Part shown: piece by piece, positions 38,869-47,127 of the stretch
Layout: each line of letters begins with the position of its first letter
How positions within the stretch are numbered: position 1 is the first letter of the stretch
Origin: a virus
Virus record (IMG/VR): IMGVR_UViG_3300046167_000921
Span: 113,494-177,493 of that record
Strand: one strand, 5' to 3'
DNA: 64,000 bases
Position numbers and translations under genes: made by a program
Notes under the pieces: generated by a model
The model's database searches: none
What the model was told of the DNA's origin: nothing
The model's input: the letters and a program-made list of their open reading frames with translations, nothing else

Positions 38869-39179
38869 CTATGAACGTACCTTTGAGATACTCAATTCCC
38901 TTAGACGATATCAACGGCATCAATGTAAGTATCGAGGCGTACAGCAAGGCTATATCTTTTTATGAAGAATGGGTGATAGAGAATGGGGAGTGGGAGTATG
39001 TAGAGGAGAGAATCCTGTACCTGACAAACATCCTCTGTGAGTATATGATTGCAGCATCTTTCGCCCAAGAGGGTGCTGTGGCTTGTGGGGTGGGTTCAGG
39101 TCTCTATGAATCCGTAAAGAAAGACTTCCAGAAGAAACATCCTAACAGGGAGTTCCCGACACAGAGAGAGTTGCAATGA
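38865..39179 (+). CDS. Hypothetical protein
   Basis: ORF track 38847..39179. Start uncertain (GTG 38865 or next ATG). Confidence 0.55.
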   Translation: MTMNVPLRYSIPLDDINGINVSIEAYSKAISFYEEWVIENGEWEYVEERILYLTNILCEYMIAASFAQEGAVACGVGSGLYESVKKDFQKKHPNREFPTQRELQ

Positions 39180-39853
39180 GGGTTGTCTGTATCTCTGACA
39201 CGCACAATCAACATAACAAGATAGACCTCCCCGAAGGTGATGTTTTAGTTCACTCTGGAGACTTCTCTGGAACAGGCACTCTCAAACAAGTCACCGATTT
39301 CATGGGGTGGTTTTCTTCACGTCCGCACCCACATAAGATCTTAGTTGCAGGTAACCATGACATTACTCTAGATCTACCTTTTTATGAAAACAATTGGCAT
39401 AGATTCCACAAAACCCGCTTATTTGCGAGTGGTATCAAGAACTTTGTTTTAAGGTCTGGTGTTCATTATTTAGAGAACAGCGGAGTCGAGATTCAAGGTG
39501 TCAAGTTTTATGGTAGTCCCTGCCAACCAACCTTCTGCAATTGGGCTTTCAATGTAGATAGGGGTCTTCCTATCCGCTCCGTTTGGTCTAAGATACCCGA
39601 AGATACAGATGTTCTGATTACGCACGGGCCTCCACGGGGCGTGGGTGACGTGTTACACACAGGAGAACCCGTGGGCTGTGACGACCTATGGGAGGCTGTA
39701 AAACGAGTAAGGCCTCAACATCATGTTTTTGGTCATATACACGAAGGTTACGGCTTATATATGATGGAGGGGATAAGCTTTGTTAACCCCTCCATCTGTG
39801 ACCACAAGTATGGGATTGCAAATAAACCACTAGTCTTTGAGGTGTCGAGATGA
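39176..39853 (+). CDS. Calcineurin-like metallophosphoesterase (MPPED-like)
   Basis: CISDTH, VHSGDF, VAGNHD, LITHGPP, HVFGHIHE. Confidence 0.92.
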   Translation: MRVVCISDTHNQHNKIDLPEGDVLVHSGDFSGTGTLKQVTDFMGWFSSRPHPHKILVAGNHDITLDLPFYENNWHRFHKTRLFASGIKNFVLRSGVHYLENSGVEIQGVKFYGSPCQPTFCNWAFNVDRGLPIRSVWSKIPEDTDVLITHGPPRGVGDVLHTGEPVGCDDLWEAVKRVRPQHHVFGHIHEGYGLYMMEGISFVNPSICDHKYGIANKPLVFEVSR

Positions 39854-40317
39854 ACCGAAAGCATTTAAAGTCACGCATACTACAATGCGACTTGATATCG
39901 TCGAACTCCCCATGTCCTCGGAGGAAGGTAGGTGCTCTCATAGTAGACCCTGAGAGCAACGTAGTGGTCAGTGAGGGTTACAATGGGACTCCAAGAGGGT
40001 CGCGGGAGAGTCTCTGCGGGGGTGATGTGTGTTTACGAGAGTGTAACTCCGTACTGAGTGGTACGTCTAATGACATAGGTTGCCACCACGCGGAGATGAA
40101 TGCAATCTTAAACGCCGCTCGGGTAGGTCAATCAACTATGGGGAAGTGGCTTATAGCCAACTGCGACCCTTGCCTCATGTGTGCAAAGGCAATACACCAC
40201 TCTGGTATAAAGGCCGTTTACTGTCCTTCGGAAGTAAACGGGACTTTTGCACAAGGCCTAAGTTACCTAGAGAGGAACGGCGTTTCCACCTTTAAGATAA
40301 AGGAGGTAGGAGAATGA
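39850..40317 (+). CDS. dCMP deaminase
   Basis: SPCPRRKVGALIV, GYNGTP, HAEMNAI, DPCLMCAKAI. Confidence 0.92.
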   Translation: MNRKHLKSRILQCDLISSNSPCPRRKVGALIVDPESNVVVSEGYNGTPRGSRESLCGGDVCLRECNSVLSGTSNDIGCHHAEMNAILNAARVGQSTMGKWLIANCDPCLMCAKAIHHSGIKAVYCPSEVNGTFAQGLSYLERNGVSTFKIKEVGE

Positions 40318-40529
40318 GTGAATATGAGAAAGTAGAACACCCAGACCACTACCAAAGTGAGAAGATCGAAGCCATAGACGTTATCGAGGCTTTCGAGCTC
40401 AACTTTTCTCTCGGGTCTGCGGTCAAATATATATTAAGAGCAGGTAAGAAGCCTACAGAGACCGCTGAAGAAGACCTAAGCAAAGCGGTTTGGTACATAC
40501 AGCGAGAGATCCAGAGGAGGGGAGGATGA
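40314..40529 (+). CDS. DUF3310-type small phage protein
   Basis: VEHPDHY...IEAIDVIE...FSLGSAVKYILRAGKK...EDLSKAVWYI. Confidence 0.85.
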   Translation: MSEYEKVEHPDHYQSEKIEAIDVIEAFELNFSLGSAVKYILRAGKKPTETAEEDLSKAVWYIQREIQRRGG

Positions 40530-41134
40530 TCATCACAATACTTAGGAAACCCGTAGAGGGAACAGTAGCAGAAAACACTCTTAAGCATGGGTGTGGGGCT
40601 ATAAATATAGATGCCACACGCATCGGTGGGGGGGTTCCCCGTCAAGCGACTGCTGGAAATCGGACTGTAGGATGGGGGGTTCAAAAGGGAGGGTGTTCCT
40701 ATGAGAAAGGGACTGGAGTAACCTTTACAAATCAAGGTAGATGGCCTGCTAACTTCATTCTTACCCACAACCACAAAGAGGACTGTGAATTAAAAGGCAC
40801 GAAGAAGATTAAAGAGGGTGAGGGTAAATCTGATAAAGGAGGCACTGAGCGAGAAGTAGGTCTTTACAAGGACGGGCTTAAGAAAAGAGCGAAAGACCAC
40901 CATCAAGGAGAAGAAACTATACCTGATTGGGCTTGTGTAGAGGGTTGTCCTGTTAAGAATCTTGATAAACAAACAGGTGTCTTAGTTAGTGGTAAAGATG
41001 TAAACCCAACTAATTCAAACGTGAGTGGTTTCTTTGGTAAGACAGATAATTATTACTCCTCATCTGCGAACTGTGGAGATAGGGGGGGTGCTTCTAGGTT
41101 CTTCAAACAGTTTAAGAAAGAGAATGATCAATGA
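40526..41134 (+). CDS. Middle segment of a phage N6/N4 DNA methyltransferase (split gene, part A)
   Basis: RKPVEGTVAENTLKHGCGAINIDATRI, GRWPANF, GGASRFFKQF. ATG 40526 overlaps the upstream TGA. Confidence 0.75.
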   Translation: MIITILRKPVEGTVAENTLKHGCGAINIDATRIGGGVPRQATAGNRTVGWGVQKGGCSYEKGTGVTFTNQGRWPANFILTHNHKEDCELKGTKKIKEGEGKSDKGGTEREVGLYKDGLKKRAKDHHQGEETIPDWACVEGCPVKNLDKQTGVLVSGKDVNPTNSNVSGFFGKTDNYYSSSANCGDRGGASRFFKQFKKENDQ

Positions 41135-41685
41135 TTGAGATTAAAATAGGTGATTGCACACAACGATTAAAAGACCTAGAGGGCAACTCTGTAGACGCAA
41201 TCATCTGCGACCCCCCTTATGGGCTAAAGTTTATGTCTAAAGGTTGGGACGACATAGGTAAAGGTTCTCAACAAAGGGAATGGCATAGAAAGTGGCTTAC
41301 AGAGGCTCATCGAATCTTAAAACCTAATGGGTTGATTAAGGCATTTAGTGGAACTAGGACTTTTCATCACCTAATAGCGATGATGGAAGAAATAGGCTTC
41401 TCAGATTTACGGGTAGAGGCTTGGACTTATTCGTCAGGATTCCCGAAATCTCTTAACTTAAGTAAAGCACTAGAAAAAAATGGAACTCTGAAAATAGTAG
41501 GTCAAGGACGAGCTGGTAAAAATGCTCTAGGTCAAGACAGTGGGTATAATAAAACATATAACCCACACACTTATGACATAGTAGAAGCAAATTCTGAAGG
41601 GGCTAAAACTTGGGAGGGTTGGGGGACAGCTCTTAAGCCCGCTTGGGAGCCTATCTGTATTGGGGTTAAGCAAGGAAGTAACTGA
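41131..41685 (+). CDS. DNA methyltransferase catalytic (DPPY) segment (split gene, part B)
   Basis: VDAIICDPPYG, RILKPNG, WTYSSGFPKS, WEGWGTALKPAWEPI. No FxGxG. Confidence 0.85.
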   Translation: MIEIKIGDCTQRLKDLEGNSVDAIICDPPYGLKFMSKGWDDIGKGSQQREWHRKWLTEAHRILKPNGLIKAFSGTRTFHHLIAMMEEIGFSDLRVEAWTYSSGFPKSLNLSKALEKNGTLKIVGQGRAGKNALGQDSGYNKTYNPHTYDIVEANSEGAKTWEGWGTALKPAWEPICIGVKQGSN

Positions 41686-42374
41686 TGAAAGACATGATAG
41701 AATATTTCAAGACAATGATCACCCCCCCTGTAAAGGATGCTTGTGTCATTGTGAGTAAACCTAGCGAGATCAACTTTGAAAGCTACCTAGAAGAGGTTTT
41801 TGAAGAGGGGGCTATTGCCTCCTCTCTCCAACCAAAAGCTCACGGTGTCATCCTGCTAGGAGAGCCTACAAAAGAGGAGTCTCAGAAGATTCAAGACATA
41901 CTCAAACCCGGAGGTCACGTAGTCCTAATCCCCGACTCAGATATTGGGTACAAGGGGGTAATCGCCCTTGAGGACACAGGCTTTGAGGTACGAGATGCGA
42001 TCTTTGTGGCAGAAGAGGCAGATAGCTTCTATTACACGTCAAAGGCGAGTAGGTCAGAGAGAGAAGCGGGCTTGGTTGCGGAAGAAGGGAAGAGGGGTAA
42101 CGTTCACCCTACGGTCAAGCCTATTGAGATTATGGAGTGGTGTGCTAGAGGCATAGAGGCAAGCTCTACTATAGTAGACCCTTTTATGGGGTCTGGTACT
42201 ACAGGGATTGCAATGTCTCGAAAAGGTCACAACTTCATTGGTATAGAGTTGAACCCAGAGTATGCACAGATCTCAGAGCAGAGGATTCGTCATTGGAAGC
42301 CTATTGACACTGAGATCAAGTCAGAGGCGAAGCCTGTTGACACTGAGTTCAAGGGTCAGGTTTCTCTTTTTTAG
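41685..42374 (+). CDS. DNA methyltransferase SAM-binding segment (split gene, part C)
   Basis: YYTSKASRSERE, NVHPTVKP, VDPFMGSGTTG, FIGIELNPEY. No DPPY. Confidence 0.88.
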   Translation: MKDMIEYFKTMITPPVKDACVIVSKPSEINFESYLEEVFEEGAIASSLQPKAHGVILLGEPTKEESQKIQDILKPGGHVVLIPDSDIGYKGVIALEDTGFEVRDAIFVAEEADSFYYTSKASRSEREAGLVAEEGKRGNVHPTVKPIEIMEWCARGIEASSTIVDPFMGSGTTGIAMSRKGHNFIGIELNPEYAQISEQRIRHWKPIDTEIKSEAKPVDTEFKGQVSLF

Positions 42375-43750
42375 AACTCGTCGTCCATGTCATAACCCAT
42401 GAGGTCTTCCTCATAACCCATGTGGTCGTCCATCATAGCCATGAGTTCCTGATCTTCACTCATGTGGTCATACATACCCATGTGTTCTTCCTCATTGCTC
42501 TCTACCTCTTCACCGTAGAGACCCTCGACAAAACGAGATGCGACGCGACGACCCGCTGTTGGGTTATGGTATGCCCTCCGAGTTACGAACTTCCTTAACT
42601 TTCTTCCGAAGCTCATGTCCAGCTTTGTTCTCTTGTCAGTCTTGATGTTCTTAAGCGTGACGTTTGAGAGATCTACGCCAGAGAGATCTGCCCCTCTAAG
42701 ATCTGCACCTGTAAGATCCGCACCGTCGATAGAAAGAACGCCTGTGAGATCCGCACCGTCAAGATTCGCACCCCTTAACTTCGCATCTGTCAGATCCGCA
42801 CCTTCGAAATTGCTTCCGTCAGAGAGATCTGCTTCTATAAGGATTGTGTTTCTCATCTTAGCGTTTGTGAAATCTCCGCCCTTAAGTTTACAAGATTTCA
42901 TGTTAGCACGATTAAAGTTAGTTCCTACAAAAGATCCGTTTTCTGCAGAAGACCCTTCAAGATTTGCACCCTCGAAAATGAGAGATTCTAAGTTCGCCAG
43001 ATTTCCAAACGAGCCTGAATAGGTGATCCTGCTAAGATCTGTCCTCATTGAGAAGGTACACCCTTCGAGAGCCCCTTCGTCTTCAAATTCGATGCCCACA
43101 AGGTCGGTTTTTTTAAATGAAGTGCCATTGACGCTGTGGATCTTCTTAACTCCAATGAAACTGCATTCTTCAACCTCACCATTCATGATGACAACGTTTG
43201 TCAGATCCGCGTGGTTAAAGATGACTCTCTCAAGACCATCAGCGGTTGCCATGTTCGCGTTCGCCATAGTTGCTCTGGTAAAGTTAGCTCCCCTCAAAAC
43301 AGTATTGTTTATGTTTGTGAAGTTAAGGTTAGCCCCTACGAACTGTGCCATCGTAAGATCGGCATTTTCGAAATTAGCCATGCCTATCCTGAGGCCACTA
43401 AAATTAGACCTCTCCAATTCACAGTCAGAAAAATTCGTATGGGACACAGTCACAAGCCCCTTAATCTTGGTGAAGTCCCTCTGGTTGAGGTTCATATCAG
43501 AGAGATCCGCACTAGGGATGTATTTACCTAGCTTTTCAATGATATCGGGATCTTCCTTTTTTTTGTAATTGATGTAATTTTTGAGTGCCTTATCATCCTT
43601 TTTACTTTTTTTCAATGCTTCAAGGAGTACTTGCTCTTGCTCTTCATCCTCTAACCCAGCCTGGCGTGCGGCGGCTCTCCTCACCCTGTTAAGGTAAGCT
43701 CTTCTCTTCATTGCGAGTTGTTTCTGAACTCTTCGTGATGCTCGTCTCAT
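42371..43750 (-). CDS. Pentapeptide-repeat protein with Arg-rich leader and acidic Met/His tail
   Basis: ORF track 42371..43798. AAGGAG SD supports ATG 43750 (MRRASRR). Long pentapeptide array, then RRAYHNPTAGRRVASRF and an acidic tail. Confidence 0.88.
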   Translation of the reverse strand: MRRASRRVQKQLAMKRRAYLNRVRRAAARQAGLEDEEQEQVLLEALKKSKKDDKALKNYINYKKKEDPDIIEKLGKYIPSADLSDMNLNQRDFTKIKGLVTVSHTNFSDCELERSNFSGLRIGMANFENADLTMAQFVGANLNFTNINNTVLRGANFTRATMANANMATADGLERVIFNHADLTNVVIMNGEVEECSFIGVKKIHSVNGTSFKKTDLVGIEFEDEGALEGCTFSMRTDLSRITYSGSFGNLANLESLIFEGANLEGSSAENGSFVGTNFNRANMKSCKLKGGDFTNAKMRNTILIEADLSDGSNFEGADLTDAKLRGANLDGADLTGVLSIDGADLTGADLRGADLSGVDLSNVTLKNIKTDKRTKLDMSFGRKLRKFVTRRAYHNPTAGRRVASRFVEGLYGEEVESNEEEHMGMYDHMSEDQELMAMMDDHMGYEEDLMGYDMDDEF

Positions 43751-44223
43751 GTTGTTTCTCCTTTGAATGACATAGCCACTATTGTAAGCCATAAACAAGA
43801 TATAAAAGACATAGTGTTTTTTTGAACTTCCCTATCTAGGTTGAACCTATGACTCTATCCTACAACGTCACCCTCCCTACTTTATTATTTAAAGAGTTCT
43901 TTAGTCTCAGCGGACTTTTCAGTTGAGATATCCTTACTGCCTCTTCCCTGACATGGGCAGGGGGAAAAAGAATAAGCCCCTCCAATCTCCTTCTATAAGA
44001 GTAAAGGGGTACGAGGGTGAGTAGAGTAGGTGTTGAGACAACTAAAAAAATAGGATGGCTGTCTATGCTCATGCTGTAGGAGAGCCTGTAACCTAGTTTA
44101 GGGCTACTCGGAAGACCCTAATCCAGCCACAAAAACCAGAATGTTCTTCTAACACCAGAAGAACATTACTAGGATAACGCCAGACCTCCTTGATGTTGGG
44201 GGGTAATTTAGAAGAAAAGGAAT

Positions 44224-44430
44224 ATGAAGATGAAGACCTTGTTTATTAAGAAGAGCGGCGAAGAGTTCTATAGGGAGCTTGATAGAGAAGAGAGGAGAAG
44301 ATCAGTAATCACGATCCGTGAGAGACTCAGTCTCTCAAAGGTTACAAGTGACCCTCTGGAACTCCTTAAAGAGAAGAGGTACAAGAGGGTAGTTCTAGCA
44401 GGGGATCTCTCTTTTAAAGAGATTGGGTAA
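44224..44430 (+). CDS. Small hypothetical protein
   Basis: 68 aa, AAGGA SD. Confidence 0.5.
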   Translation: MKMKTLFIKKSGEEFYRELDREERRRSVITIRERLSLSKVTSDPLELLKEKRYKRVVLAGDLSFKEIG

Positions 44431-44435
44431 ATGTC

Positions 44436-44645
44436 ATGTATTACATTGTAGACAGAGCTACAGGCCAGAATTTGCACTATGTTAACAGGGGTATAGTCAA
44501 GAAGGCATACTCTTTTAGAGTCCTCGCGGCGAAGGATTTAGAGGAGTCTATTTTAGAGAATGCCCAAAGAAAAGATGTTGTAGAAATCTCTAGGTCTGCA
44601 AGGCTTTACTTGGAGAACCAAAAGAGGCTTCAAAAAAATAGTTGA
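44436..44645 (+). CDS. Small hypothetical protein
   Basis: 69 aa directly downstream of the previous ORF. Confidence 0.5.
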   Translation: MYYIVDRATGQNLHYVNRGIVKKAYSFRVLAAKDLEESILENAQRKDVVEISRSARLYLENQKRLQKNS

Positions 44646-44733
44646 AAAAAATATCGGTAGCTCTGCTCCTATTGTATAATAGTTACTGTTGGGTGACGAT
44701 ACCTGAACAATCTTTGAAAAAACAAAAAACAAA

Positions 44734-44806
44734 GGGCCTATAGCTCAGTGGTTAGAGCTCCCGACTCATAATCGGTAGGTCTCAGGTTCAAATCCTGATG
44801 GGCCCA
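44734..44806 (+). tRNA. tRNA with CAT anticodon, probably Ile2 (lysidine type)
   Basis: GGGCCTA/TGGGCCC acceptor, GCTC/GAGC D stem, CTCATAA loop, TTCAAAT T loop. C4-G69 and C5-G68 are the TilS determinants and A73 is present. Elongator Met not excluded. CCA not encoded. Confidence 0.88.
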
Positions 44807-45034
44807 TTAGCACGCACCTCCTCACGGAGGGTCAAAAAAGAGATGACACTGCACGGAAGCATTCTTGTAGGGGGTTCGAATCCTCCGCCTCAGGGTGGCC
44901 AGAAGACTTCGGTTAGGTTTGGTCGCAGGTTTACTGAAGACTTTAAGCTCTCTCAGAGATAGTTGTATCTTAGGGTTCGATCCCCTTTCCATCATCGGTG
45001 GGTTTTGGTACGGTACAGTGAAGTGTGCTTTTAA

Positions 45035-45106
45035 GCACTCGTAGCTCAGCGGAAGAGCAGTGGCCTTCTAAGCCATTGGTCGCAGGTTCGAATCCTGCCG
45101 AGTGTA
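45035..45106 (+). tRNA. tRNA-Arg(TCT)
   Basis: Full cloverleaf: GCACTCG/CGAGTGT, GTGGC CTTCTAA GCCAT, GCAGG TTCGAAT CCTGC. Confidence 0.95.
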
Positions 45107-45157
45107 CTAGGTCGCATTGGGGAAACCTACCCCTACTCTATGAGTGGGGCAATAAAC

Positions 45158-45230
45158 GCATTCATAGCTCAGTCGGAAGAGCACCACTTTCCTAAAGTGG
45201 GGGTCACAGGTTCGAGCCCTGTTGAGTGCA
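45158..45230 (+). tRNA. tRNA-Arg(CCT)
   Basis: GCATTCA/TGAGTGC, CCACT TTCCTAA AGTGG, ACAGG TTCGAGC CCTGT. Confidence 0.93.
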
Positions 45231-45306
45231 TTAGGCTCACCCTTTTATCTTTTTACCTTTATATAGGGGGGGTAGATAGGTTGTTGGGCGAGGGTGGGTC
45301 TAAGGT

Positions 45307-45349
45307 AAAAAGGCTGGTTTTCTTATTGAGAGAGCCAGCCTTTTTTTTT
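45307..45349 (+). terminator. Rho-independent terminator (possibly bidirectional)
   Basis: AAAAAGGCTGGTTTTCT / AGAGAGCCAGCCTTTTT stem followed by a T9 run. Confidence 0.85.
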
Positions 45350-45420
45350 ATTTTTTCTCCTCCTTACTTGGTAGAGTGCTATTTGTGTAGGGCGTTCCTA
45401 CACATTACACACACAGGAGA

Positions 45421-45633
45421 ATGGTAATGGGAGACAGCGTAAGAAACGGTTATGAGATTAGGGAATCTCTCTTGGAAATGGCGATCAACATTCTACAAGA
45501 GAGGGTGAGCCAAGAGCGTGAGAATGAGTACCTTAAGCCAGAAGGTACTCGTCAACCCGTTCAAGGCTTTGACGTTAATGATGTTATCAAGGTTGCTCAC
45601 ACGCTTGACTCTTTTGTCAGTCGAAAAAATTAA
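45421..45633 (+). CDS. Small phage hypothetical protein
   Basis: NGYEIRESLLEMA...DVIKVAHTLDSFV, AGGAG SD. Confidence 0.7.
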   Translation: MVMGDSVRNGYEIRESLLEMAINILQERVSQERENEYLKPEGTRQPVQGFDVNDVIKVAHTLDSFVSRKN

Positions 45634-45679
45634 GTGATAATAATTTGCGTGACCACTCTTCATATAGATAATAAGAGAT

Positions 45680-45832
45680 GGGCGTATAGCTTAGTTTGAC
45701 AGGTGACTGTGATACAGTTTATCTGAGAGCACTGTTAAGTCGGTACTACCGATTAGGTTAAAGTCTGACCAATACTAGTCAGGGTCAGGTCACTTTCCGC
45801 AGGAGGGTCGGGTTTAAACCCCGATACGCTTT
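45680..45832 (+). ncRNA. 153-nt tRNA-framed RNA with hairpin insertions in the D loop and anticodon loop
   Basis: Acceptor GGGCGTA/TACGCTT, TA at positions 8-9, D stem GCTT/GAGC, anticodon stem CTGT/GCAG, 5-nt variable loop, T arm TCGGG TTTAAAC CCCGA. Lies immediately before tRNA-Glu. Confidence 0.65.
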
Positions 45833-45839
45833 CTAATAA

Positions 45840-45911
45840 GGTCCCATCGTCTAGGGGTTAGGACATCGGCCTTTCACGCCGAGAACGCGGGTTCAAATCC
45901 CGCTGGGATCA
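45840..45911 (+). tRNA. tRNA-Glu(TTC)
   Basis: GGTCCCA/TGGGATC, TCGGC CTTTCAC GCCGA, GCGGG TTCAAAT CCCGC. Confidence 0.95.
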
Positions 45912-46023
45912 CTATGTGTGCCTTCACGCAGGCTTGTTGCAACAGGTAAGTCAAGGTTTAGACCTTGACAGGGGCTGGTGGTTGATACACCTTTCCATTG
46001 AAACAAAGAATTAAGGTGTCTTA

Positions 46024-46096
46024 GGGTCGTTAGCTCAATTGGTAGAGCAGTAGACTTTTAATCTATTGGTTCTGGGTTCGAGTCCCAGACGACCCA
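46024..46096 (+). tRNA. tRNA-Lys(TTT)
   Basis: GGGTCGT/ACGACCC, GTAGA CTTTTAA TCTAT, CTGGG TTCGAGT CCCAG. Confidence 0.95.
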
Positions 46097-46101
46097 CTCT
46101 T

Positions 46102-46131
46102 AAAGAGTCTCTTCGGAGGCTCTTTTTTTTT
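46102..46131 (+). terminator. Rho-independent terminator ending the tRNA cluster
   Basis: AAAGAGTCTC-TTCG-GAGGCTCTTT followed by a T run. Confidence 0.9.
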
Positions 46132-46321
46132 ATTTGTGGGCATCCTCACCTTGAAAGCTCTCGGGCTAAAGGAGCTTCGGGACATCTTTAAGGTCTCTAC
46201 CGATGAAGCAAAACAGGCTAACACTTCGAACCTTGAGAAAAGAGGCAAGAGTGCTTCGTAGGATGACCTGAAGTGGTTGGTATTATGGTATGTCTATTTT
46301 AAACAAGAAGGAGTCAACGCC

Positions 46322-46504
46322 ATGAGTGAGAGCATCAACTTATACGCGATCTTGTCTGATAAAGGAGAGGTTATAAAGACCTCGCAAGGGTCTTACTATT
46401 TAACGAGATCACAAGCTAGATCTGCCCGTAGAGAGGTGTCGAGCAAGGCTCGCATCGTAAAGCGTTCTTATAGTGCAGGGAGTACATGGGAGACCGCAAA
46501 ATGA
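46322..46504 (+). CDS. Small hypothetical protein
   Basis: ORF track 46277..46504. AAGGAG SD supports MSESIN at 46322. Confidence 0.6.
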   Translation: MSESINLYAILSDKGEVIKTSQGSYYLTRSQARSARREVSSKARIVKRSYSAGSTWETAK

Positions 46505-46800
46505 GGAGTACCATGTGGGGCTTTGATAAAGAGTGTTTGGCTATGGGTCGGTTTTACGACTATCTCTCTCACTCTGAGAAGATTGAGCCTGAAAAAGTGG
46601 GTCGAGTCATGGCTTGGGCGGTTAAAGTTTTTGATAAAGATCTGCTTTATACTAAAGAGATGAAGATCACAGTCAATGTGCTTCTGACCTCTGGTTCTGA
46701 TGAGGATAAAGAGTTTGCTCAATATGCTAAGGATGCCATTGAGCAAGTCAATTTCGGCATCCTTAGAACGCCTAAAGACTATAGAATGAGATACCGCTAA
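46486..46800 (+). CDS. Hypothetical protein
   Basis: 104-aa ORF. Start may be the later MWGF. Confidence 0.6.
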   Translation: MGDRKMRSTMWGFDKECLAMGRFYDYLSHSEKIEPEKVGRVMAWAVKVFDKDLLYTKEMKITVNVLLTSGSDEDKEFAQYAKDAIEQVNFGILRTPKDYRMRYR

Positions 46801-46874
46801 GTTTTTTTGCTCGACCCTCAGGCTATCTCGATAAGTGCAGTGCCCATAATAACTAATCACGCAAGGAGATTGCT

Positions 46875-47114
46875 ATGAGCAGGCGAGAGGTTGCCATTCC
46901 TATATTAATCCTCGTTATCTGTTTGGCTTTGCTGGCGTTAGATCGCTCTTCAGAGACTACAGTTTACCGATGCATGAGTGGCAACGAAGTTGTTTACTTT
47001 TCAGACCGAGAGCCACACCCCGCTCTCAATTACAAGACATGTGCCGAGATTGAGATGCCGAAGGGTGATTACTTCGACGCCAAGCACTCGTTCCACTATG
47101 GTTCAAATAACTAA
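46875..47114 (+). CDS. Small membrane-anchored protein
   Basis: AAGGAG SD. Hydrophobic IPILILVICLALLAL, two Cys. Confidence 0.6.
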   Translation: MSRREVAIPILILVICLALLALDRSSETTVYRCMSGNEVVYFSDREPHPALNYKTCAEIEMPKGDYFDAKHSFHYGSNN

Positions 47115-47127
47115 GGAGTTAAAAAAA

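Noticed and set aside
44642-44680. Sigma70 promoter for the tRNA cluster (TTGAAA ... TATAAT)
   Set aside because: A perfect -10 is present at 44675-44680, but TTGAAA is too far upstream for a -35, so a full promoter call is not supported.
45680-45832. tmRNA or group I intron-containing tRNA
   Set aside because: Too short, no G3-U70 alanine identity and no tag ORF. The 63-nt insert is far smaller than a group I intron core.
45140-46248. ORFs 45140..45427 (+) and 46063..46248 (-)
   Set aside because: They overlap tRNA genes and terminators and have no coding signal.
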